Of a DNA stretch of 64,000 bases, positions 27,581 to 37,094 are shown piece by piece (the stretch's first letter is position 1; each line of letters begins with the position of its first letter). The DNA is taken from sequence record NC_054930.1; one strand, written 5' to 3'. The notes beneath the pieces were generated by a model, which did no database searches, was not told the origin of the DNA, and was given only the letters and a program-made list of their open reading frames with translations. Both the position numbers and the translations under genes were made by a program. Source of the stretch: Escherichia phage PP01.

Positions 27581-27768
27581 TATTCTTCTACGTGCTGTTT
27601 ACGACCTTTCTTATCAATAAAGGTATATTCAACGAATGTTCCAATATAGTCTTTATCTACATCATGAGGACTATTAATTGGGCATTTAGTACGGCAAATG
27701 CGTTCCCATTGACGAATAATTTCCACTTTGTTTTTAGGATCAAACGGATGCGGGTAATGTACTTTCAT
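27556..27768 (-). CDS. Hypothetical protein, 70 aa
   Basis: ORF track. Confidence 0.5.
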   Translation of the reverse strand: MKVHYPHPFDPKNKVEIIRQWERICRTKCPINSPHDVDKDYIGTFVEYTFIDKKGRKQHVEEYCLKVTWL

Positions 27769-28219
27769 AATCCACCACTATTAAATCAATATCAGGAGTA
27801 AACATGTCGATTAATTTAGAAACCTTATCCCAATCACCGCCAGCAATACCACAACCTATGCGTGGAATGTAAATTACTGGTTTAAACAAAAGGGTCTCTG
27901 CCTGTAGATTTAATTCTATCATGCAGTTTACTAAAGCACCATAATCAAGATTAGGACCCGGTTCGTATTGCGTATACAGGTTATAGCACATACTAAATCC
28001 TGTAGGATTATGTTTAAAAACAATAGACATATCGCCTAATTTATCACGAGAACCGTACTCGGTAGTAGTTTTATCTATTTCTAAAATTTTGGGATAGGCT
28101 CTTGCTAATTGACCCGCTACACCAGAGCCCATTGTGTGGAAGCAGTTGCATCCGTGCGCAATAATATTACCTTGAAGAAATAGGGCGACAATATCGCCCT
28201 TGATATATTTTACAATCAT
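27740..28219 (-). CDS. Macrodomain-like protein (ADP-ribose binding/processing fold), 159 aa
   Basis: Macrodomain signature pattern GDIVALFLQGNIIAHGCNCFHTMGSGVAGQLARAYP ... PRIGCGIAGGDW. Confidence 0.6.
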   Translation of the reverse strand: MIVKYIKGDIVALFLQGNIIAHGCNCFHTMGSGVAGQLARAYPKILEIDKTTTEYGSRDKLGDMSIVFKHNPTGFSMCYNLYTQYEPGPNLDYGALVNCMIELNLQAETLLFKPVIYIPRIGCGIAGGDWDKVSKLIDMFTPDIDLIVVDYESTLPASV

Positions 28220-28557
28220 CTAGTACTCAATCCTCGATTATAAGAATCTACCAAACGGTCAACCATTGAATGACAAGCGGCTTTATCTTTCTCCTCCGCA
28301 ACTGAACATTCTAAGGTATTCCACTTTTTAGCATATCGTTTTAACAATGTATCATTTTTATATCTGCTTGATTTATCTCTTTCTCCGTCTTTATATGCAT
28401 ATATTAATTTCTGCGCAAATTCAGCTTGGCATGCTTTATTTTTCCCACAATAATCCGCGGCAGTACGGTTTACATACTCTCTAATTTCAGTATATGATGT
28501 ATCTGCTAACGCAGAAAATGAAATTAATCCTATACATAAAACCAAAATTTTAGTCAT
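28216..28557 (-). CDS. Secreted small protein with signal peptide, 113 aa
   Basis: N-terminal signal peptide MTKILVLCIGLISFSALA; four Cys. Confidence 0.55.
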   Translation of the reverse strand: MTKILVLCIGLISFSALADTSYTEIREYVNRTAADYCGKNKACQAEFAQKLIYAYKDGERDKSSRYKNDTLLKRYAKKWNTLECSVAEEKDKAACHSMVDRLVDSYNRGLSTR

Positions 28558-29095
28558 TTACTATTTCCAAAAGTTTATTATTTTTAAGGTAATTAGCCTT
28601 TTCTAGGACTTCAGAAGCATATTTAGAACCTGCTTTAACATTCCATCCCGAATTATAAGAGGATATCGCCTTTCTTATATCGCCCTTATGTATATTTAAC
28701 CAATAAGAAAGTTCAATGTACGCCCAGGAAGCTGAATTGGACCGTTTATTCAACATTCTTTTTATTTCAGCATCGGTCATATTATAACCAAGTTCCTTAA
28801 CTCTTGCTCGCATAGTCGGCAAATAATTTTGGAACATTCCATAGGCATGATGCTTTGGTTTAGATTTTAAATTAACTCCGGCAGAGCTTTCTTGCCATAA
28901 AATAGCAGCCATTATATGACCTAATCCGCTCTTATGGATATTTTTGTGTGTTTTATATTTTCCATCCTTAGAAAATTGTTCCCCGAATTGATACGCGTAA
29001 CGCATGTTATCGAGTTGGACATTACTGAAAGTATGCTCGGAGCTATGTGCCATCATAGAAATGGCCAATAGACCAGCGAGTAGTGCTTTTCTCAT
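28550..29095 (-). CDS. Secreted lytic-transglycosylase-like (SLT-domain) protein, 181 aa
   Basis: Signal peptide MRKALLAGLLAISMMAHS; SLT-like catalytic region LWQESSAG ... SYNSGWN. Confidence 0.55.
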   Translation of the reverse strand: MRKALLAGLLAISMMAHSSEHTFSNVQLDNMRYAYQFGEQFSKDGKYKTHKNIHKSGLGHIMAAILWQESSAGVNLKSKPKHHAYGMFQNYLPTMRARVKELGYNMTDAEIKRMLNKRSNSASWAYIELSYWLNIHKGDIRKAISSYNSGWNVKAGSKYASEVLEKANYLKNNKLLEIVND

Positions 29096-29102
29096 GCTTA
29101 CC

Positions 29103-29564
29103 TCATTGAGTTTTAATTACTGCTTTAGAAGCCTTTCCTGGTAAACGACGACTGTTAATAATTGCCATCCTGCATTGAAGCGACGGGTCTTTGAACTTCG
29201 CATTAGGTTTACAAACTGTAAATCCAAGCCAAAGATTTCCATCTGTGATTTCTAAACGCCCAGGACGATATTCAACCCCATCAATAAAATCCTCGTCAAT
29301 GTCAGGACGCGGAGGCATACTCAGGAATTCATTAACTTCTAAAACATGGTCTTTTATTTTATGGAATAATTCAAAAACATATGTCTCATCAATCTCCCGT
29401 TGAATTGCACGATCAAGAAGATGTTGAGAATATTTTAGATGAAACGATGAGACCCCTGCTGCTTTTGATGCCTCACGAATCTCATTGTTAATTTGACGAA
29501 ACTCCGACTCAAAGTGACGACGGAGCTTATTTCGACGGATAAAAACTTCTATGTTGATAGTCAT
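29103..29564 (-). CDS. regB: Sequence-specific endoribonuclease RegB
   Basis: 153 aa; sequence (MTINIEVFIRRNKLRRHFESEFRQ...) matches my recollection of T4 RegB; early promoter just upstream. Confidence 0.8.
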   Translation of the reverse strand: MTINIEVFIRRNKLRRHFESEFRQINNEIREASKAAGVSSFHLKYSQHLLDRAIQREIDETYVFELFHKIKDHVLEVNEFLSMPPRPDIDEDFIDGVEYRPGRLEITDGNLWLGFTVCKPNAKFKDPSLQCRMAIINSRRLPGKASKAVIKTQ

Positions 29565-29589
29565 GTTATTCTCCTCTTAACTGATAGAA

Positions 29590-29640
29590 AAATTATACCA
29601 CAGTCAAGAGGAAAAGTAAACAGTTATTCTTTAAATCTAA
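29590..29640 (-). promoter_or_regulatory. T4-type early promoter
   Basis: Plus strand aattataccacagtcaagaggaaaagtaaacagtt. Confidence 0.55.
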
Positions 29641-29944
29641 TCAATTTATTCATAGACTTTGAAACTTCTGCACGAACCTCATGTAGGTTTTTAAGCTGTT
29701 CAAGACGCTGCTCATAGTAAGCAATTTCATCTTCTTCGAGACAGTCCTGCGAATCTTCTTTAAGATAACGTGCATAGTCCTGGAAAGCTTTACGGACTAC
29801 TTCCTGGAAGTCATCAAGACTTTGAATTTTCTTAGGAGCAACAGATACACGACGAGGGGCAGTATAATATTCATAACCAAACCCTGCGCTTAATTGAGCC
29901 ATTAATATTTTTCCTCTGGTTGGAACACAGCACGACAAGCCCAC
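29624..29944 (-). CDS. Hypothetical protein, 106 aa
   Basis: ORF track. Confidence 0.5.
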   Translation of the reverse strand: MGLSCCVPTRGKILMAQLSAGFGYEYYTAPRRVSVAPKKIQSLDDFQEVVRKAFQDYARYLKEDSQDCLEEDEIAYYEQRLEQLKNLHEVRAEVSKSMNKLIRFKE

Positions 29945-30168
29945 ATACTGGCTTCTTTGAGTTTCGTTTTAGCAATAGTTAACTGATCGAGGCTTTCAGC
30001 ATAATTCTTTGCGAATTCACAGTCTTCACAATTATCTAGTGCTTCCCAGAATTCATCATACAAAGCATCAAAGATAAGTCCTAAACGAACTTCAGCATCT
30101 TTGATAGCATTCACTTTACCGATTTTCTCTTCAGTGTGCGGCTTATAACCTTTAATGTCTTCAATCAT
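29902..30168 (-). CDS. Hypothetical protein, 88 aa
   Basis: ORF track. Confidence 0.5.
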   Translation of the reverse strand: MIEDIKGYKPHTEEKIGKVNAIKDAEVRLGLIFDALYDEFWEALDNCEDCEFAKNYAESLDQLTIAKTKLKEASMWACRAVFQPEEKY

Positions 30169-30382
30169 ATTTTACTTCCTCGCCAGTACATAAATCATAT
30201 TCAACTAAACGAATAGGTTCATGAATGCCATATCCCTGAACAGAAATTTCTGTCGTAGGATAAATTCCACTAATATCACCCATGTTCCATGCTTCATTAA
30301 ATTGCTGTTCGCCTGAATTACTAAACCACTCGGCGAAAGCATTTAGCACATCTTTAGAACCTTCAATAATTATCTTTGCCAT
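30161..30382 (-). CDS. Hypothetical protein, 73 aa
   Basis: ORF track. Confidence 0.5.
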   Translation of the reverse strand: MAKIIIEGSKDVLNAFAEWFSNSGEQQFNEAWNMGDISGIYPTTEISVQGYGIHEPIRLVEYDLCTGEEVKYD

Positions 30383-30756
30383 TACAAGCTCTCAGTAAAG
30401 GTACGAGCGATAACGTCGCGCTGCTGTTCCGGAGTCAGAGAGTTAAAGCGAACTGCATAACCTGATACACGGATGGTCAGCTGCGGATATTTTTCCGGAT
30501 GCTTAACTGCATCTTCCAGAGTTTCACGACGCAGAACGTTAACATTCAGGTGTTGACCACCTTCAATTTTAACCGTAGGCTGTGGTTCAATTTCAATTTC
30601 ACGGGCATGCAAACCGTAGAAAATTTCCGGGTCTACAAAAGAGTCCTCTTTAAAGGTTTTAGAGACAATAATTCGTGCTTGAATACCATCTTCAAAATAA
30701 ATAGTACCTTTATGCGTGCCTTCAAGAATTTGATATGCTTTCATATAACCTCTCAA
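30382..30756 (-). CDS. Autonomous glycyl-radical cofactor (GrcA/YfiD-like; T4 Y06I-type)
   Basis: C-terminal ~60 aa ([60 protein letters not shown]) look essentially identical to E. coli YfiD, including glycyl-radical motif RVSGYAV. Confidence 0.88.
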   Translation of the reverse strand: MRGYMKAYQILEGTHKGTIYFEDGIQARIIVSKTFKEDSFVDPEIFYGLHAREIEIEPQPTVKIEGGQHLNVNVLRRETLEDAVKHPEKYPQLTIRVSGYAVRFNSLTPEQQRDVIARTFTESL

Positions 30757-31082
30757 TTAGAAAATAAATTTATCCAAGATTGCTCTTTAATTAAAAATGG
30801 CTCAGAATCATATGCCATTAAACTTTGGGTAATTAGTCCTTTAAAAGGCCCATCAATAAATTCCATGGTAAAATATGGAATTTTATTCATTAATCTTGCA
30901 TTAGGAGCCGTGCACAAAACTCTGCATCCTTTGAATACACCTTTTTGTAATTTGTATTGCTTAGGATAAAATTCGCTCAAGACGTTGTTATTTGCCAAAA
31001 TTTCAAAATGATTCACCAATTTATTTTTAATAGTTTTTGGCGAAAAATAAAGATATTCGAAAAGTTGCGTATCTGTCATCAT
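30753..31082 (-). CDS. Hypothetical protein, ~109 aa (start at MMTDTQ)
   Basis: ORF track 30753..31133; start moved to avoid overlap with upstream ORF. Confidence 0.45.
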   Translation of the reverse strand: MMTDTQLFEYLYFSPKTIKNKLVNHFEILANNNVLSEFYPKQYKLQKGVFKGCRVLCTAPNARLMNKIPYFTMEFIDGPFKGLITQSLMAYDSEPFLIKEQSWINLFSN

Positions 31083-31618
31083 TGCATTCCAATTACGAAA
31101 AACTGCGGACGAGTAATACCACCAATGCAACATTTACTATTGCAACAGTAATGCACAGTTTCAATATGAATATCGTAAATTTTATCCATATCAGGAGCTT
31201 TAACAGGCTCATCAATTATATACAAAATTCGTGAAAGCGATAAACCTCTGAACTTACTTCCTTTATTGCCAATAAAACTACGCACAGAATCAGTAAATAA
31301 ACGAAAACGTATATCATCATTAGAATAACGCGAAAATTCCTTTTTAATGTTATTTGCAGAAATTTTAGCGTAAGCTGAAGTGTTAGAAAGAACAATAACT
31401 GTTCCACCATCATACAGCCAATTAGCAGCAAAGTTAGTCACAGCAGTTGATTTACCAGATTGACGTCCACCATCTAGTCGAAGTGTGCAATACTGTTTGA
31501 GTAAGTCTTCAAATGGTGGGATATAATCGTTTTTACAAATTTCTTCTACTCTAGCATCAGAATGGTGTGTAAAAGCATTCATCAGGGATAGATAAGGACC
31601 AGTTAAAAATGTTCTCAT
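31079..31618 (-). CDS. P-loop NTPase-like protein, 179 aa
   Basis: Walker A-like GGRQSGKST; sits at the locus where I expect denV in T4. Confidence 0.55.
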   Translation of the reverse strand: MRTFLTGPYLSLMNAFTHHSDARVEEICKNDYIPPFEDLLKQYCTLRLDGGRQSGKSTAVTNFAANWLYDGGTVIVLSNTSAYAKISANNIKKEFSRYSNDDIRFRLFTDSVRSFIGNKGSKFRGLSLSRILYIIDEPVKAPDMDKIYDIHIETVHYCCNSKCCIGGITRPQFFVIGMQ

Positions 31619-31770
31619 TTCTTCTCTCTAAATTTGGGCCATTCCGTGGCGCATGAATTGTCCATTTCTGTATTTACCCATTACCGCACTTGGGCTCGAC
31701 CTTATTACAGGTTGGCGGGAATCCCTCACAGAACCATGAGGTCCAGCTTGTTCCCATATTTCTTATTTGC

Positions 31771-32244
31771 TTATTTGAACGATTTAACGTACTGAATAGA
31801 ACCTTTACTATTCACAAAGGCAATTTTACCATTTTTGTTATACATGGTAGCAGTACGTTGATAGCCATAAGTTTGTTTACCAGATTGATAACCAACTAAT
31901 GCAAAATTATCTTCACCCATTTTATTCTGTTTAGCGCGAATGCGTTCATGACCATGTGCCATAAGAACCTTAGCATCACCAGTTGCAATGGATCGACGAG
32001 TTTTTTCATCTTCAACTGTATTAACAAAGTCGTCAAATGAATCAAATTTAGCATGAGATTTATTATACAGTTTTCCATCTACTGCATAATTATATCCTTG
32101 TACATCCATCTCAACTTCTGTACCATCATCTAATACAGCAGTAATTTTCTGTCCTTTTTTAAATTTCAAAAGATCAGTAAAAGATTCAGCAATAATTTGA
32201 GAATTAATAGCTGCTTCAGTAATAAATTCTTGATATGTTTTCAT
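31771..32244 (-). CDS. Internal (head-packaged) protein with capsid-targeting leader, 157 aa
   Basis: N-terminal MKTYQEFITEA matches the T4 IPII/IPIII capsid-targeting sequence; located beside e like the T4 ipII/ipIII genes. Confidence 0.7.
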   Translation of the reverse strand: MKTYQEFITEAAINSQIIAESFTDLLKFKKGQKITAVLDDGTEVEMDVQGYNYAVDGKLYNKSHAKFDSFDDFVNTVEDEKTRRSIATGDAKVLMAHGHERIRAKQNKMGEDNFALVGYQSGKQTYGYQRTATMYNKNGKIAFVNSKGSIQYVKSFK

Positions 32245-32260
32245 GTGTATCCTTTAATTT

Positions 32261-32578
32261 TTATTCTTTAGGGAAGTTTTTAGAATATGCATCATAAAGC
32301 TTATTTCCAATACGGCGGAAAACTCTAGCCGCAAAACGATTTTCTGGGTTTTTAATCATGATTTGCATCATATAAGTACCCGCGTCAGAAAGAGCTTCTT
32401 CATAGTACCCGTTAATTTCTTTAAGAGTCCTACGTTTACCGCCAGGACCATCAACAGTGATTTTCCATTTACCTGTAGAAGTGCGACTTGGCGGCTCAAC
32501 TTGTTCAATCCAGATATAACCGCCTTCTACACGTTGTCCTGCAGCAGATTCTGCAATAAATTCTTGATAGGTTTTCAT
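32261..32578 (-). CDS. Internal (head-packaged) protein with capsid-targeting leader, 105 aa
   Basis: N-terminal MKTYQEFIAESA; early promoter upstream. Confidence 0.7.
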   Translation of the reverse strand: MKTYQEFIAESAAGQRVEGGYIWIEQVEPPSRTSTGKWKITVDGPGGKRRTLKEINGYYEEALSDAGTYMMQIMIKNPENRFAARVFRRIGNKLYDAYSKNFPKE

Positions 32579-32629
32579 GTGTTTCCTTTAAATATTTTAA
32601 TTAGTAATTTGTCTCTTCAAGCAACTGTG

Positions 32630-33635
<1,006 letters not shown>

Positions 33636-33654
<19 letters not shown>

Positions 33655-33998
33655 TCACTCACAAACTCTTTCATTGATTCATTTTCAATATAAGACATGT
33701 AGCTATTATATTCTTTTAATTGTATTTTGTAATCCTTTTTTCTTTGCCAATTTATTTTAAAATTATCATAATGAAAATATAACATGGTACCAAAGAATGA
33801 AAATAATGAAATAATTTTAGTATAGTGAAGTTCACTCCAAACTTCTGTTATATTTACTGTGCCGTCGATGTTTAAAATAAGACAGTCAATTAACAATCCA
33901 AAAAGACTACCCGCAAGAGCTGCAGCCAACGCCACAGCAAAAATTAAAAATGACTCAGGAAGCGAATATTTGGCTTTATTTAGTTTTGGCTTTTGCAT
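33636..33998 (-). CDS. Small two-helix membrane protein, 120 aa (membrane paralog 1)
   Basis: Hydrophobic helices FLIFAVALAAALAGSLFGLLIDCLIL and IISLFSFFGTMLYF; basic tail WQRKKDYKIQLKEY...MKEFVSD. Confidence 0.55.
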
Positions 33999-34393
33999 CG
34001 TGATTCCTTAACAAATTTCATAATTTCATCAAATTCATACGCAGCAAGTTTAAGCTGATATTCCTTTTTAATCTTTTTACACTGTGCTTTCCAATCACGT
34101 ACGCGTTTACGATAATGCCTTCCTTGATACCAGTATCCTACCCAATTTACAGGTACTAATAAAAATGGAACTATTAATGGAAGAATTAGCATTAATACAA
34201 GTATTTCGCCAGAATCAATATCAGTCATAACATCTAAAACACCTCCAATAATCAATAGAATTACAAATGATATGAGTATAACAGGACCTATTAATACATC
34301 AGTAGAAATTAGCTGGCGCTTTAATTCATACTTCAAAGGTTTACTTGGAAGGTATAGTGATGGCTTTGACATATTCTCTACATTCCTTAACAA
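33980..34393 (-). CDS. Small two-helix membrane protein, 137 aa (membrane paralog 2)
   Basis: Same architecture and similar tail (KKIKKEYQLKLAAYEFDEIMKFVKE) as 33636..33998. Confidence 0.55.
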   Translation of the reverse strand: MLRNVENMSKPSLYLPSKPLKYELKRQLISTDVLIGPVILISFVILLIIGGVLDVMTDIDSGEILVLMLILPLIVPFLLVPVNWVGYWYQGRHYRKRVRDWKAQCKKIKKEYQLKLAAYEFDEIMKFVKESRCKSQN

Positions 34394-34949
34394 ATTTTTC
34401 TAGTAATAAATCGCTTTCAAAATTAGGATTTTCCACGAATTTATCAAAAAGATCATCAACGATAGTTAAGATATTCTTTTTATTAAGAATACGCTTATTT
34501 TCATATTTTGTTTCAGAATCAACTATAAGAGTAAAGAAATATTTCTTGCCCCGAAATTTTACAGTAGTATCAATATAGAATAAATTTGACTTTTGTAAAT
34601 TACGTTTAAACCATGCATCACTTAAACTATAAACGCCGAGATAATCATAATCGTCGTTTAAATAACAGACCGTCCATTCAGGAGAAACAAAATCAGTAAA
34701 TTCAACGTCAAAATCGCATGTTAATAAATGAATTGATTCAATGCTGTTAATAAGTATTCCAGGACGTATTAAAGACTTTTTACCTCTAGAAAATCTTCCA
34801 GAAAGACTTTCATCAGTTTCATATGAAGAACCCCAATAATAATTACGCCCTTCTGCCATACGTTTAAGAGCATTTAGTAATTGGTCTGGAACATCAACCT
34901 GTCTTTGGAACTCTTCAAACATTGAATTGAAATCACTTTGCATTTTCAT
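34341..34949 (-). CDS. Hypothetical protein, 202 aa
   Basis: ORF track. Confidence 0.55.
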   Translation of the reverse strand: MKMQSDFNSMFEEFQRQVDVPDQLLNALKRMAEGRNYYWGSSYETDESLSGRFSRGKKSLIRPGILINSIESIHLLTCDFDVEFTDFVSPEWTVCYLNDDYDYLGVYSLSDAWFKRNLQKSNLFYIDTTVKFRGKKYFFTLIVDSETKYENKRILNKKNILTIVDDLFDKFVENPNFESDLLLEKFVKECREYVKAITIPSK

Positions 34950-34968
34950 TCCTATTTACTCCAAGTAA

Positions 34969-34984
34969 TAGGGGCCGAAGCCCC
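34969..34984 (-). terminator. UUCG-tetraloop hairpin
   Basis: aggggc-cgaa-gcccct between two genes. Confidence 0.5.
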
Positions 34985-34990
34985 TTATCA

Positions 34991-35584
34991 TTATTTCAGA
35001 GAATTAATATATTCCTGAACATCGGCAGAGGTAGTTTCAACCCCAGAAATATTACCATTAAAGGTTTCAACTCGAGCAAGGGTATCTTCAATATCAACCT
35101 TAGTCAGTGCTGCAATTTCAACTACATCATCAGCAGTACTAATTCCAAGGGCATTTGCTGCGCGAGTTTCACGGATATATTCCAATTTAACTGCGAGTTC
35201 TTGACGAGCATCATCTAACTCAACTACTTTCTTGGCGATTTCAATTCGCATTTCAGCATAACCGTCAGCTTTAGTAGTCAACTGCTCAGCTGTTCGACGA
35301 TATAGTAAACCGAGTTTAGCATGCATTGTTACATCTTGACCTTCGGAAAGAAGTTTACGAATTTCACGCTCTTTTGATTCGGCTTGTCGATTCTTTTCGA
35401 CAATAAGTTCACGAATACGCTTTTCTTCATTAATAGATTTAACGGAAGCAGTTTTTAGATCTTTAATCTTATCAAGTAGTTTTGCTGCCGCAGCAGTATA
35501 CTGTTCTTCAACAGATAGATTTTTAGCCATAGCAGAACCAAGTTTAGTGCGAATAAACTCAACAATTTTCTTCAGTGTGTTCAT
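34991..35584 (-). CDS. Coiled-coil protein, 197 aa
   Basis: ORF track; long heptad-rich helical regions; no enzymatic motif seen. Confidence 0.55.
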   Translation of the reverse strand: MNTLKKIVEFIRTKLGSAMAKNLSVEEQYTAAAAKLLDKIKDLKTASVKSINEEKRIRELIVEKNRQAESKEREIRKLLSEGQDVTMHAKLGLLYRRTAEQLTTKADGYAEMRIEIAKKVVELDDARQELAVKLEYIRETRAANALGISTADDVVEIAALTKVDIEDTLARVETFNGNISGVETTSADVQEYINSLK

Positions 35585-35640
35585 AGTATTTCCTTAGGTT
35601 GGTATAATTAGATAATATCACGTTTTAATAGATTGTAAAC

Positions 35641-35976
35641 TTATTCTTCGTCTAGCTCGTCGATAAAGACGTTGATGGCCTCGATAACGGCATCATTGAT
35701 AGCCAATAAAATAAAATCATCGTCAGTACCTTTAGAAGATTCTAAAGCATTGATATATGCTTGGTTGGCGAGTTCCCAAGCCTTTTTAAAATAAGGAGCT
35801 TCATCATCAGGACAAATATCCCGCACGCCTTCAAAGATACGTTTGGCATAATCTAACACCCATTGTACAGGCATGTTTTGAGAACGTTCGTTAAACTCTT
35901 TAAAGTCCTTAGATTCAAAAAGCTCTTCAGGATAATTATTTCTATTACAAAAAGCTTTACTAAAGTTACGTTTCAT
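35641..35976 (-). CDS. Hypothetical acidic protein, 111 aa
   Basis: ORF track. Confidence 0.5.
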   Translation of the reverse strand: MKRNFSKAFCNRNNYPEELFESKDFKEFNERSQNMPVQWVLDYAKRIFEGVRDICPDDEAPYFKKAWELANQAYINALESSKGTDDDFILLAINDAVIEAINVFIDELDEE

Positions 35977-36032
35977 AATGTTTTCCTCATTTGTATAGGC
36001 TCATAATATCTCAATCATGAGCCTATGTAAAC

Positions 36033-36308
36033 TTATTTCATATTATTGAAATATTCTTCTGCGATTTCGTCGTTATCATGGTAAACTTTAGAAGACAGTT
36101 TAACATAACTTTCAGCAGTGAACATGTTAATCACAACCTTTACAGTATACCACTGACCGTCTTCATTGCCCATTACCGCATAAGTTTCAAACATCGGATG
36201 ATCAGGACCGATAACTTTAATATCATTCACTGTACGACCGAAATCTTCTGAAACACATTTCATAAAGAAGTTGAACAGTTCGCCGTAATTATCCATTTCG
36301 TTCTCCAA
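36033..36308 (-). CDS. Hypothetical protein, 91 aa
   Basis: ORF track; early promoter directly upstream. Confidence 0.55.
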   Translation of the reverse strand: MENEMDNYGELFNFFMKCVSEDFGRTVNDIKVIGPDHPMFETYAVMGNEDGQWYTVKVVINMFTAESYVKLSSKVYHDNDEIAEEYFNNMK

Positions 36309-36334
36309 GTTGTTTTCTGTATCAGTAGTTGATA

Positions 36335-36395
36335 GTTGTATAGTACCATGGAAGAACAGGGATGTAAACAGTTTTGTGAAAAATTTTTAAAAAAT
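36335..36395 (-). promoter_or_regulatory. T4-type early promoter
   Basis: Plus strand gttgtatagtaccatgg...gatgtaaacagttttgtgaaaaattttt. Confidence 0.65.
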
Positions 36396-36505
36396 TTTAG
36401 AGAATTCTAGGGTCAGGAGGGGCAATTAAAAGGTAGGATAATATATTATAAAGGGTATAAACCAAATGATGCCTAGAGAGGCCCGGAAAGGCCTAGATAC
36501 CAAAA

Positions 36506-36529
36506 AGCCCCAACCTTTCGGCTGGGGCT
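36506..36529 (-). terminator. Rho-independent terminator hairpin (repeat copy 1)
   Basis: agcccca...tggggct stem with a U-run on the minus transcript; near-identical copy at 37063-37086. Confidence 0.6.
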
Positions 36530-36536
36530 AAGAATG

Positions 36537-37010
36537 TTATTTGATTTGTTTAGCAGACCAAATGCGGTCTTTAATAATTTTTTGGATGTCTTCAACATAC
36601 TCTAGGTCATGAGCATGTGGATTATCTTTGAAACTATAAGCACGAGCTAGCTTTTGGCCTTCAGTTTTGATTACTAAAAGCTCTTTAAGGATAGCTTCAT
36701 ATCTGGAGATAATTCCTTTAACAATATTTTTTTCTTGTGCAGCTTTAGGATCTGCTTTAGGAGCAGGTTTACCCGAAGCCTTTGCAAAAGCAGCGCCAGT
36801 AGCAACTAGACTTTTCCAGGCCATACTAACCGCATTTCCTGTAAATCCTTCTGCTTTCATGCCGCGAGCAAATTGGAATCGCGATTCGTCAGAAGCATCT
36901 TTATAAGAATATTTACCCGCTGCAATGGCTGCTTTTGCGACAGCTTGAATTTCGGTGCTAGATGCTTCATTTAACACCGCTTCATTTAAAAATTGAGTAT
37001 ATGATTTCAT
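36537..37010 (-). CDS. Putative internal-protein-like gene with capsid-targeting-like leader, ~158 aa
   Basis: ORF track gives 36537..37187; start moved to internal MKSYTQFLNEA (resembles MKTYQEFIAEA), which has an AGGAAA ribosome-binding site and a TATAAATA late promoter ~40 nt upstream; Ala/Lys-rich basic protein. Confidence 0.55.
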   Translation of the reverse strand: MKSYTQFLNEAVLNEASSTEIQAVAKAAIAAGKYSYKDASDESRFQFARGMKAEGFTGNAVSMAWKSLVATGAAFAKASGKPAPKADPKAAQEKNIVKGIISRYEAILKELLVIKTEGQKLARAYSFKDNPHAHDLEYVEDIQKIIKDRIWSAKQIK

Positions 37011-37048
37011 CTTATTTCCTGTTTTAATTCGTGGATTTAATATACTAA

Positions 37049-37056
37049 TATTTATA
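37049..37056 (-). promoter_or_regulatory. Late promoter (TATAAATA)
   Basis: Plus strand tatttata, reverse complement of TATAAATA, located between the terminator hairpin and the 158-aa gene's start. Confidence 0.6.
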
Positions 37057-37062
37057 CTAAAA

Positions 37063-37086
37063 AGCCCCAACCTTTCGGTCGGGGCT
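37063..37086 (-). terminator. Rho-independent terminator hairpin (repeat copy 2), 3' of the tRNA/stable-RNA block
   Basis: agcccc...ggggct stem with a U-run on the minus transcript. Confidence 0.6.
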
Positions 37087-37094
37087 AAGCCTTG

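Noticed and set aside
36506-37086. Repeated hairpin elements considered as a possible CRISPR array or miniature inverted-repeat element
   Set aside because: Only two copies, about 560 bp apart, flanking a protein gene; structure and U-runs fit transcription terminators. No regular repeat-spacer periodicity anywhere in the window.
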